Part shown: positions 56,662 to 64,000 of the stretch, one piece after another
Layout: each line of letters starts with the position of its first letter
How positions within the stretch are numbered: the stretch's first letter is position 1
NCBI GenBank assembly: GCA_028278405.1
Contig: JANQEK010000037.1
Coordinates: 160,662 to 224,661, forward strand
Source: Nitrospinaceae bacterium
GTDB lineage: Bacteria; Nitrospinota; Nitrospinia; Nitrospinales; Nitrospinaceae
Length of the DNA: 64,000 bases
Direction: 5' to 3'
The notes under the pieces: generated by a model
Told to the model about the DNA's origin: nothing
Databases searched by the model: none
What the model saw: the letters and a program-made list of their open reading frames with translations, nothing else
Made by a program: the position numbers and the translations under genes

Positions 56662-57564
56662 ATGAGTGGTACATCTCAAAAAAATGATTTGTTTTGTTTT
56701 GGCCTGGGTTTTACCGGCTCTGCATTGGTGCGGAATATCCAGACCAAAGGCTGGACAGTGTCGGGGACCTGTCGCGAAAAGGCCCAGCAGGACGTTTGGC
56801 ATGGGACAGGCGTTCAGGCTCATTATTTTGACGGCGGTGAAGTTTCCGAAACGATAGTAAACACTGTTCGAAAGGCCAGTCATGTGCTGATCACCATTCC
56901 TCCTCATAAAGAGGTTGGAGATGTCGTGTTCAAACATTTTGAAAACAGCTTGTCCGGAAGTTCACAGCTGCAGTGGCTCGGATATTTGTCGACCACGGGA
57001 GTTTATGGAAACCGTGATGGAGATTGGGTGGACGAAACCTCCGAATTAAAGCCTGGGTTTGATCATCAGCGAAGACGGGTAGAAGCGGAAAACCAATGGC
57101 GCAACCTTTATCGAGAGCATCAGGTTCCTGTTCATATTTTTCGTCTGGCGGGTATTTATGGTCCAGGACGCAATCTCTTGCAGCGGGTTCGTGCGGGAAC
57201 CGCCCGCCGCATCGATCAACCGGGCCTGGTGTTCAATCGTATTCATGTGGCGGATGTGGTTCAGGTATTGTGCGCCTCGATGGAGCAACCACACCCGGGA
57301 GCTGTTTACAACGTCAGCGATGATTTGCCGTCTTCTCCCGCCGAAGCGGTGGTGTTCGCCTGCGACCTGTTGGGTGTTGAAGCGCCACCGCTGACGGCAT
57401 TGGAGGAAGCGGGGCTTTCAAAAATGGGCCGTGGTTTTTATCAGACCAATAAAAGAGTTGGGAATCGTAAAATTAAAGAGGAGCTGGGCGTTCAACTCCA
57501 GTATCCTGATTACAAAGTGGGTTTGAGAGAATTGTTGGCCACCGAACAAAAAGGTGAGAGATAG
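56662..57564 (+). CDS. NAD(P)-binding Rossmann-fold protein (atypical SDR/epimerase-like)
   Basis: Glycine-rich N-terminus LFCFGLGFTGSAL. Length and overall layout resemble atypical extended SDRs. No catalytic assignment is possible. Confidence 0.65.
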   Translation: MSGTSQKNDLFCFGLGFTGSALVRNIQTKGWTVSGTCREKAQQDVWHGTGVQAHYFDGGEVSETIVNTVRKASHVLITIPPHKEVGDVVFKHFENSLSGSSQLQWLGYLSTTGVYGNRDGDWVDETSELKPGFDHQRRRVEAENQWRNLYREHQVPVHIFRLAGIYGPGRNLLQRVRAGTARRIDQPGLVFNRIHVADVVQVLCASMEQPHPGAVYNVSDDLPSSPAEAVVFACDLLGVEAPPLTALEEAGLSKMGRGFYQTNKRVGNRKIKEELGVQLQYPDYKVGLRELLATEQKGER

Positions 57565-57567
57565 TCA

Positions 57568-58866
57568 ATGGATGAGGGGCTGTATCGTTTCGTCGCGTTT
57601 GCCGGTTTTTTAATCGTCGGATTCATAGCCTGGTTAACGGGCAAGCGGGGTCCGGTAAACTGGAAAACGGTTGGAGGAAGTTTTGCGCTGGCCTGGGTGC
57701 TGGGCGGTCTTACATTCTGGCTGCCGTGGTCGCGGCAGGCCCTGAGCGTGTTGAACGATATATTGATTGCCATTCTAAATGTTTATCAGAAGGGAAACAT
57801 TTTTTTGTTTGGACCCCTGGCCATCGGTCCCGGGCAGACGCTTCCTGATGGCACCGCATCGATCGGCTTTGTGTTGGCCATGCAGGTACTTCCAGCAGTG
57901 GTCTTTTTCTCTGCAGTCGTGGCGGGGCTCTATTACCTGAAAATCATGCCTGCCATCGTTCGCGGGTTTGCCTGGTTGTTCTACCGGATAATGAAAATTT
58001 CCGGAGCCGAGGCGCTTTCCGCTTCCGCCAATATTTTTGTCGGCATCGAATCCAGTTTGACCATTCGTCCCCATCTGGCTTCTCTGACTCCCTCAGAATT
58101 GTTAACGGTGTTGACTTGCATGATGGCAACGGTCGCCAGCACGGTCATGGCCATTTACGTGATTGCGTTACATGGTGTTTTCCCTGAAATTGCAGGACAT
58201 CTGGTATCCGCCTCCATCATCTCCATTCCCTGTGCCATTCTGATCAGCAAACTCACCTTGCCTGAGAACCAGCAGCCTGAAACTCTGGGCGACCTGCCTC
58301 CGGAGAAAAAGGATATGGATTCCCCAGACAATGGGCAAAAAACTCCTTCCAATTTGATTGCAGCGTTGATCGACGGCGGTATGCAGGGGGTTCAAATGGC
58401 AGTCGGCATTGCGACATTGCTCATCGTATTCCTGGGCTTGGAAGCGCTGGTGGATCTGGTTCTGGGTCTGTTGCCGCAAATGGGGGAGGCGTCCCTTTCC
58501 CTCAACCGGATTTTGGGCTGGGCGGCGTGGCCTTTTACAGTGCTCATGGGATTACAACCGGAAGAATGGCAAACCGCTGCACAGATTCTCGGAGCGCGTT
58601 TTGTGGAAACGGAAGTGGCGGCTTATTTTGAGTTGGCTTCGGTTCAGGGAGCACCTTCCACCAGCTTTTCGCCCCGGTCTCTGACCGTCATGACTTATGC
58701 CTTGTGTGGTTTTGTCCATGTGGCCAGTATGGGAATCTTCGTGGGGGGACTCTCCGCATTGATTCCGTCTCGGGTGCAGGATGTTTCGCGATTGGGGTTT
58801 CGGGCCTTGTGGACGGCGTTTCTGACCACCGTACTCACGGGTTGTATTGCAGGGGTACTGGCGTGA
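57568..58866 (+). CDS. NupC/NupG-family (CNT) nucleoside transporter
   Basis: Family-typical polytopic membrane protein with N-terminal RFVAFAGFLIVGFIAWL and conserved blocks ASANIFVGIESSLTIRP and LCGFVHVASMGI. It starts 4 nt after the preceding gene. Confidence 0.85.
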   Translation: MDEGLYRFVAFAGFLIVGFIAWLTGKRGPVNWKTVGGSFALAWVLGGLTFWLPWSRQALSVLNDILIAILNVYQKGNIFLFGPLAIGPGQTLPDGTASIGFVLAMQVLPAVVFFSAVVAGLYYLKIMPAIVRGFAWLFYRIMKISGAEALSASANIFVGIESSLTIRPHLASLTPSELLTVLTCMMATVASTVMAIYVIALHGVFPEIAGHLVSASIISIPCAILISKLTLPENQQPETLGDLPPEKKDMDSPDNGQKTPSNLIAALIDGGMQGVQMAVGIATLLIVFLGLEALVDLVLGLLPQMGEASLSLNRILGWAAWPFTVLMGLQPEEWQTAAQILGARFVETEVAAYFELASVQGAPSTSFSPRSLTVMTYALCGFVHVASMGIFVGGLSALIPSRVQDVSRLGFRALWTAFLTTVLTGCIAGVLA

Positions 58867-59019
58867 TCAGGGAGCTGGAGTGGGAAACAGGGCGGACCAC
58901 AAATGCCAGACAAAGGAAGCTCCTATAATCAGAACCGCCACCAACGCGACGATTATGGAATAGCCTTCCTTTTTACGTTTTTCTTCAGAAAGTTCTTCTT
59001 TGCTTTCCTGCTGCGCCAT
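58867..59019 (-). CDS. Possible small tail-anchored membrane protein (about 50 aa)
   Basis: ORF only: MAQQESKEELSEEKRKKEGYS followed by one TM (IIVALVAVLIIGASFVWHLW). No SD or homology support. Confidence 0.25.
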   Translation of the reverse strand: MAQQESKEELSEEKRKKEGYSIIVALVAVLIIGASFVWHLWSALFPTPAP

Positions 59020-59420
59020 ATCAGAAAATACTCGAGCCGGTTTAATTTTTCTAACCAAAATACAATGATTTTCTAAGGAAAGTCCAGCTTTCCGGTGATT
59101 TCATATTTAATGGAAAAAGTCCATGTGGATCGGCTGGTTGCTTGAGGGTTGGTTATTTTTGTTGAGTGCCGGTTATCCACAGACTTCAATAGCTTACAAA
59201 TGAAGTTATTTGTACTTTTTCTTATCCCCCAAAGTTGGTAACTAGATGTCATTCTTTAAAATAAACATTTATTTTTAAAAGGCTTATACGACGTTTGCAA
59301 AAGAGTCTTGCCCTATTCTGAGTGTTGAATTAGAATTTACCCTGATCACAAGCCAAGTTAGGTTAGTATTCCTAATGCAAGGCATGCAGTTTGGGTTCAA
59401 CCTGAATGGAAGGGATTGCT

Positions 59421-59612
59421 ATGGCAGGCCGTTCACAGGAAAAAGAAATTAAAGAATTCAGGCGTGACCGGGAAAAAGAAGCTGACTATTATACCGGTTT
59501 CTCGAAAGAGGGTTTTAACGGCGAGAAGGAGGCGGACGCCCCTTACAAGCTGGAGCCCAACGCCACGGAGATCGAAAATTTTCTGACTCGTTTGCGTCAG
59601 GAAGGTCTTTAA
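59421..59612 (+). CDS. Possible small charged hypothetical protein (63 aa)
   Basis: GGAAGGG lies 8 nt upstream of the ATG at 59421. No recognisable motif. Confidence 0.3.
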   Translation: MAGRSQEKEIKEFRRDREKEADYYTGFSKEGFNGEKEADAPYKLEPNATEIENFLTRLRQEGL

Positions 59613-59657
59613 GGATTTAAGAAAATACCGGGTTTTATCAACGGGAACCGGTAGATT

Positions 59658-60008
59658 CTAAAATTCTCCCAGTTCGTCTTCTTCGAATAGTTCCTTCATC
59701 GTTTGCAGGTCTCCCTGCTCCGTCGACCGTGCGTCAGCCCGGTCGATAAACTCGTTGATCGTCTTTAAATGGTCGGGAGTAATGTTGCAGAAGATCAGCC
59801 TCTGCATCAGAACTTCTTTCTCAAAATGTCCCAGCAGTTTTCCCATGCATCCCATTAAAAAAGGTGAGAACAGGGTCTTGACTCCCTGGAAATCCATCTC
59901 TACATTTTTCTTCTCTTTCAGTTCCCCGATGAGTAGTTGATATACCTTTTCTCCCTGATCGAGTGAAGTGCATTCCGACCCTATTGTGTCAATCAGTTGG
60001 ATACGCAT
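59658..60008 (-). CDS. STAS-like domain protein (DUF4325-like)
   Basis: The pattern matches the DUF4325 layout: short N-terminus, LDQGEKVYQLLIGELKEKKNVEMDFQGVKTLFSPFLMGCMGKLL, then LIFCNITPDHLKTINEFI. Confidence 0.55.
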   Translation of the reverse strand: MRIQLIDTIGSECTSLDQGEKVYQLLIGELKEKKNVEMDFQGVKTLFSPFLMGCMGKLLGHFEKEVLMQRLIFCNITPDHLKTINEFIDRADARSTEQGDLQTMKELFEEDELGEF

Positions 60009-60124
60009 GCTTCTTAATTCTCCGAATAGGGTTCGTGTGGCAACTTCACCAGCATGATGGCAAATGAGAGATTTATATTACCGTTTCTGGAATGATTTGT
60101 CCTGCAAAGAATCAAATGCGAGGA

Positions 60125-61471
60125 TCAGTGGGTTACCCGGGGTCCCTGCTCGGGGAGGGTGATGATAAAAGTAGCGCCCTTGTCGGGCTTGCTCTTGACG
60201 GATATGGTTCCACCGTGACGCGTCACGATCTTTTGGCATAGTGCCAGTCCCATCCCAATTCCATCGCGTTCGTTTCGTCCATGAAGGCGCTCAAAGGGCT
60301 TGAAGATACGATCGCTGTGCTTTTCGTCGATCCCGATTCCATTGTCATTAACCAGTATTTCCCAATATCCGTTGCCCAGGTCATGACTGGCGATGGAAAT
60401 TTCAGGAGCCACGCCCTTCTTATGAAATTTCACTGCATTGCTGGTCAGGTAGGTGAACAATTGTCGCATTTGAATTTCATCCGCGGCGATCGTCGGAAGG
60501 TCTCCCACAACGACCTGCGCGCGGGATTTGGCGATTTTGCTCTCTAGATCGACCAGCACTTCCCGGATCACTTTATCGAGGTTGGTGGGTTCGAACTGTG
60601 TACCTTTGGTAGTGACCCGTGAAAGCTGAAGCAGGCCGTCGATCAATCTTTGCATGCGTACCGAGGCTTTTTCCATTACTGCGATATAGTCCTTGGCACG
60701 GTCATCCAGCAACTCTTCGTAGTTAACCCGCAGACGTTCTCCAAAACAGATCACTTTGCGAAGGGGTTCCTGCAAATCATGTGATGCGATGAAAGTGAAA
60801 TCTTTAAGTTCCTGAATATTTCTTTTGAGTTCAAAAGCCTTGTTTTCCAGCTCCAGGGTACGGGTCTTGACAATCTCTTCAAGATTTTTGTTTTGTTCGG
60901 AAAGCAGTTTGTACAGACCGCCATTTTCGAGCGCGTTCGCGGTATTGTGTAGGATAATCGAAATCAGATGACCCATTTCCGGCGGAATCTTTGATATTTT
61001 CCGGCTCAGGCACCCCATGACCATTCCCTTGATGCGCGAGCGCGTTCCCAGTACATGCAGAAACAGTCTGTCCTTGAACAATTCACTTTCTACCAGCAAA
61101 GGCCGATTTTGTTTCAATGCCCAGGCAAAAGTACCGTTCTCAACCTGATGATCCAATTCCACCTGGAACCGTCCGTTTTCTTCCTCCGATTCCCCGCTGG
61201 CCAGATAAAAGCTGTTATCTTTTTCGTGGATGAGAAAAAAGGCGAGCGATTTTAAATTCAGCAGTTGATTCAAGTACCGACGTGCCATGCTGAAAATAAA
61301 GCTTGGATCCGTCGACCGGGGAATATCCCGGTGAATGTCACCCATCGAAGCAATCATTTCCATGGCCGAGAAAAACCACTGGTTCTCTTTTTCGAGAAAC
61401 TTAATTCGGTCTTTTAACTCTTTTAAGTCGGTTCTTTTTTCGGTTCTTTTTTTTGTTATCGTTTTTTCCAT
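60125..61471 (-). CDS. Cytoplasmic GAF-domain sensor histidine kinase
   Basis: No TM helices. Coiled-coil plus GAF-like N-terminal half. H-box FIASHDLQEPLRKV, N-box LTSNAVKFH, and G-boxes DNGIGI and GIGMGLALC. Confidence 0.85.
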   Translation of the reverse strand: MEKTITKKRTEKRTDLKELKDRIKFLEKENQWFFSAMEMIASMGDIHRDIPRSTDPSFIFSMARRYLNQLLNLKSLAFFLIHEKDNSFYLASGESEEENGRFQVELDHQVENGTFAWALKQNRPLLVESELFKDRLFLHVLGTRSRIKGMVMGCLSRKISKIPPEMGHLISIILHNTANALENGGLYKLLSEQNKNLEEIVKTRTLELENKAFELKRNIQELKDFTFIASHDLQEPLRKVICFGERLRVNYEELLDDRAKDYIAVMEKASVRMQRLIDGLLQLSRVTTKGTQFEPTNLDKVIREVLVDLESKIAKSRAQVVVGDLPTIAADEIQMRQLFTYLTSNAVKFHKKGVAPEISIASHDLGNGYWEILVNDNGIGIDEKHSDRIFKPFERLHGRNERDGIGMGLALCQKIVTRHGGTISVKSKPDKGATFIITLPEQGPRVTH

Positions 61472-61477
61472 AACTTA

Positions 61478-62341
61478 TCAACTCGATAAGATGATATTGA
61501 CGGTTTCATTAAATTGCGTTTCCGTCTGATTCCAGATGGCTGAAAAAACTCCAGTGGGCAATTTTAATTGTTCCCAGGAAGTTTCATCCAGAGGGGGGAC
61601 ATGGATGTCCCCGCTGGAACCCAATCCCATGGCTTTAGCAATGATGTCGGCCAGATGTATGATCGTGGTTTCCAAAGGGTACCTTTTGGAGAGGCTGGGG
61701 TTGTGGTGGTTTCCAATGATTTCTTCAAGGCTGAGCGGGAGATTCCAGCTCCGCGACAAAGCAGCACCCACTTCACCATGGTCGAATCCCAAAACCTCAC
61801 GTTCGATTTTCCACAAAACTTGAGACGCCTCATTTTTGCGGGCCATGATTTCCGCGGCTTCGTCCGGCAGGTTTTCCAGGATGATCAATCGTCCGATATC
61901 GTGGAGGATTCCCGCTAGATAAAACCGTTCCGGATTGCTTTCCCGGCAGTGAATCGCCAGATTTCTTGCAATGATGGCGACACCCATGCTGTGCCGCCAG
62001 AATAGATTCATATTGAGTGTTTTATCAGGGATACCTTTGAAGTTCGCGATGATGGTTGTCGCGAGAGCCAGGTTATGTAATTGCTCTGTTCCAATGACAG
62101 CGATGGCGTGCGTGACGGTCTCTATGTTTGATGGAAAACTATAAAATGAACTGTTGACGATTTTAAGCAAACGTGCGCTCAAAGCCGTGTCCAGATTAAC
62201 CACCTGGGCGATGTCTGAAAATGAACTGGTCGGATCGTTCACCACTTCATTGATCATGACAAAAATTTCCGGGAGGGAAGAGGTGCGGGTCGACCCGGTG
62301 ATCAAATCTTTGGGCCGGAGGGTTTTGGGGCTAGTAGACAT
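61478..62341 (-). CDS. HDOD domain-containing signalling protein
   Basis: HDOD hallmarks LPSLPEIFVMINEVVNDPTSSFSDIAQVVNLDTALSARLLKIVNSSFY and GILHDIGRLI. The next gene starts 6 nt downstream. Confidence 0.85.
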   Translation of the reverse strand: MSTSPKTLRPKDLITGSTRTSSLPEIFVMINEVVNDPTSSFSDIAQVVNLDTALSARLLKIVNSSFYSFPSNIETVTHAIAVIGTEQLHNLALATTIIANFKGIPDKTLNMNLFWRHSMGVAIIARNLAIHCRESNPERFYLAGILHDIGRLIILENLPDEAAEIMARKNEASQVLWKIEREVLGFDHGEVGAALSRSWNLPLSLEEIIGNHHNPSLSKRYPLETTIIHLADIIAKAMGLGSSGDIHVPPLDETSWEQLKLPTGVFSAIWNQTETQFNETVNIILSS

Positions 62342-62687
62342 TCACGTTCTCCATACCGGGTTTCTGCTTCAGCTTGTTTAAGGTGCTCAACCGCATCAAT
62401 TCTGAAATCACTGGGTGAGAGATATTGGAGTACTGGAAGAGGCTGGAAATCTCGTTCTGCGCTTCAGCCAGGAGTTTGGCGTCGATTCGGTTGCTGTCCA
62501 GTGAATTGGAAGAGTTCAACGAAGAGGTTTCTACGACAACCTCAATAATGCCCCAGGCTTTGAAATTCTTGATGTCTTTGGGTTGAAGCGGATTGCCTTT
62601 ATAGAGTAGAACTTGCCCGGAAAAATTAATCACGTCTTGAGCTAATCGCATTCCTGATGTCAATTGCTCTATTCTTACTTTACGCAT
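62331..62687 (-). CDS. DUF3391-like domain protein (resembles the N-terminal module of HD-GYP proteins), 119 aa
   Basis: The start at 62687 has a GGAGGAG SD. MRKVRIEQLTSGMRLAQDVINFSGQVLLYKGNPLQPKDIKNFKAWGIIEVVVE resembles the DUF3391 consensus. It overlaps the HDOD gene by 11 nt. The upstream ORF extension to 62786 lacks support. Confidence 0.5.
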   Translation of the reverse strand: MRKVRIEQLTSGMRLAQDVINFSGQVLLYKGNPLQPKDIKNFKAWGIIEVVVETSSLNSSNSLDSNRIDAKLLAEAQNEISSLFQYSNISHPVISELMRLSTLNKLKQKPGMENVNVY

Positions 62688-62889
62688 GCTCCTCCAACAG
62701 AGCGAGTATCCATAGAGTCCGGTCAACCCATGGGAAAAACGGCGCGGTTCTTCTCGAAAAATCAGAGAGGAAAGCGTTGATTTCACCCGGCTTGGGACCA
62801 GAGTCAGAATTTGATTGGTTACTAGAGTATAAAAATATTATCAGACCAAGCCCCTTTAAAATCAATACTATAAATAGATATCTCCCCAC
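62680..62889 (-). CDS. Possible small membrane protein (69 aa) heading the HDOD operon
   Basis: ORF with one N-terminal TM (YLFIVLILKGLGLIIFLY). Its stop overlaps the next gene's start by 8 nt. No other support. Confidence 0.25.
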   Translation of the reverse strand: MGRYLFIVLILKGLGLIIFLYSSNQSNSDSGPKPGEINAFLSDFSRRTAPFFPWVDRTLWILALLEEHA

Positions 62890-63087
62890 GGGGCACCGGG
62901 AGCGATTGGTTAAAAGCGCTGAAATCCTTATGTTTAAAGGGTTTTTGGTAGTTGATGAGATGCTTTAGAAATGGCTCTAACCCCCAAAAATACAATCAAA
63001 TGGAAGTTTAGCGAGGGTGGATGATTCAGCTTTCGCAGCCCTCATGTATAATGCCTCGATCATTCATTCTTAATCTAAGGAAACCGT

Positions 63088-63852
63088 GTGCTGCTTGCCG
63101 TCGATATAGGAAATACCAATATTGTTTTTGGGCTGTTTCAGCGGGAGGAGTTGAAAACTCATTGGCGCATCCGCACCGAGCGGAACCGCACAACGGACGA
63201 GTACTGGGTACTGGTCAATGAGTTTTTGAGGCTCAACGAAATCGGTCCGGCAAGCATCCATAATATTGTTATTTCCTGTGTTGTGCCTCCGTTGACCCTG
63301 GTGTTTGAAGAGTTGTCCCGAAAGTACCTTGAAAATGAACCATTGATCGTCGGCCCCGGTATTAAAACCGGGATTCCCATTTTGTACAATAATCCTGCCG
63401 AGGTGGGCGCCGACCGAATCGTCAATGCAATTGCTGGATTCGAAAAATATGGCGGTCCCCTCATCATTGTCGATTTTGGAACGGCAACTACCTTTGATGC
63501 GGTTTCCAAAAAGGGTGAGTACATGGGGGGTGCGATTTTCCCCGGATTGAATATTTCTTTGGAAGCTCTTTACAAAAGTACCGCCAAACTGTCTCCGGTG
63601 GATATTGTTTTGCCCGAGCACGTCATTGGGAAGTCGACAAAGGAAAGCATTCAGTCGGGGACGGTGTACGGTTTTGTGGGAGTGATCGACAGCATTGTTT
63701 CCAAAATGCAGGCTGAGATCGGTCAGCTGGCCCAAGTGATCGGTACCGGTGGGGTTCTGCCGGTGATTCACAAACAGGTTCAAAGTATTCAAACGGTCGA
63801 TCCCTTTCTCACTTTGGAGGGATTACGAATTCTGCATCAAAGGAATCGTTAG
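63088..63852 (+). CDS. coaX: Type III pantothenate kinase
   Basis: GTG start. MLLAVDIGNTNIVFGLF, GADRIVNAIA and IIVDFGTATTFD are the ASKHA-fold phosphate motifs of CoaX. Confidence 0.9.
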   Translation: MLLAVDIGNTNIVFGLFQREELKTHWRIRTERNRTTDEYWVLVNEFLRLNEIGPASIHNIVISCVVPPLTLVFEELSRKYLENEPLIVGPGIKTGIPILYNNPAEVGADRIVNAIAGFEKYGGPLIIVDFGTATTFDAVSKKGEYMGGAIFPGLNISLEALYKSTAKLSPVDIVLPEHVIGKSTKESIQSGTVYGFVGVIDSIVSKMQAEIGQLAQVIGTGGVLPVIHKQVQSIQTVDPFLTLEGLRILHQRNR

Positions 63853-63872
63853 GTGTAAGAGCGGAAGGCTTT

Positions 63873-63957
63873 AAAAAAAACCGGCTCTCCCGATTTGAGG
63901 AGGGGCATCAAACCCAGGTAGAGGAGGGCACCTAGGTTTCGTTATCGGGAAAGCCGG
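63873..63957 (-). terminator. Long compound hairpin followed by T8 on the minus strand: probable intrinsic terminator of a minus-strand gene beyond the right edge (or a small structured RNA)
   Basis: In the minus sense the element reads CCGGCTTTCCCGAT...AAACCTAGGT-loop-ACCTGGGTTT...ATCGGGAGAGCCGG + TTTTTTTT. A possible stop (complement of 63982-63984) lies about 25 nt upstream, but only 5 codons of that gene are visible. Confidence 0.45.
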
Positions 63958-64000
63958 CCTATCATTTTCCAAGCGGTCAGGTTAGCCGGCGATGATCAGT

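Noticed and set aside
59070-59130. GGAAAGTCC-like strings (AAGGAAAGTCCAGC and AAAAAGTCCATG) resembling the RNase P RNA P4 motif
   Set aside because: The remaining universally conserved RNase P RNA segments are absent. These include the GGUAAGAGCGCACC-type P10-12 region and the 3' P4 strand. The region is also AT-rich and too short.
59173-59181. Perfect DnaA box TTATCCACA in a 350-bp AT-rich non-coding gap
   Set aside because: It is a single box with no cluster of further boxes and no AT-rich 13-mer array. No dnaA, dnaN, gidA or parAB genes are nearby. This is insufficient for an origin call and is most likely fortuitous or a single regulatory DnaA site.
63070-63792. 240-aa minus-strand ORF
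   Set aside because: It is antisense to coaX, whose + strand translation has all the CoaX phosphate-binding motifs. The product is His/Asn/Gly-rich nonsense.

Overview
This 64-kb window looks like a chromosomal segment of a diderm (Gram-negative type) bacterium. The evidence is lipoboxes, outer-membrane beta-barrels ending in Phe, RND pumps and a PEP-CTERM sorting signal. I support about 55 protein-coding genes and one tRNA-Ala(GGC). I saw no rRNA, CRISPR array, transposase, integrase or phage genes.

Content from left to right:
- 1-8 kb: an acyl-CoA-synthetase-like gene cut by the left edge, an MFP/RND efflux pair, and a large orphan secreted protein.
- 8-15 kb: DUF502, tRNA-Ala, and a minus-strand block of histidine kinase, OmpR-type regulator, VIT-VWA PEP-CTERM protein and an exosortase-EpsI fusion.
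- 15-20 kb: rtcB, a DedA-flavoprotein disulfide reductase fusion, and gdhA.
- 20-24 kb: a radical SAM, DUF547, MauE, thioredoxin-like operon.
- 24-34 kb: a second-messenger cluster holding a CHASE2 class III cyclase, a cNMP-PAS-GGDEF(degenerate)-EAL protein, a sigma-54-type promoter driving a FecR-domain protein with a polycationic repeat tail, a TPR + beta-barrel OMP, and a CHASE-GGDEF cyclase.
- 34-41 kb: a P-type ATPase, a lipocalin, an overlapping trypsin-like protease / FHA membrane protein pair, and a methyltransferase.
- 41-51 kb: two tandem paralogous modules of a COG1033/MMPL-like RND exporter plus a LolA-like protein. One follows ArsR + SRPBCC genes; the other follows a TetR gene and is followed by SDR and OMP genes.
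- 51-64 kb: CDF transporter, SRPBCC, YdeP-type molybdoenzyme, sugar-nucleotide epimerase, NupC, a DUF3391-like/HDOD/GAF-kinase/STAS-like block, and coaX.

The best candidates for poorly described biology are:
- the dedicated exosortase with a single VIT-VWA cargo;
- the FecR / TPR-barrel / CHASE2-cyclase / cNMP-EAL neighbourhood;
- the protease-FHA pair;
- the radical SAM/DUF547/MauE/redoxin operon.

All family assignments come from reading motifs in the translations. No database search was run.
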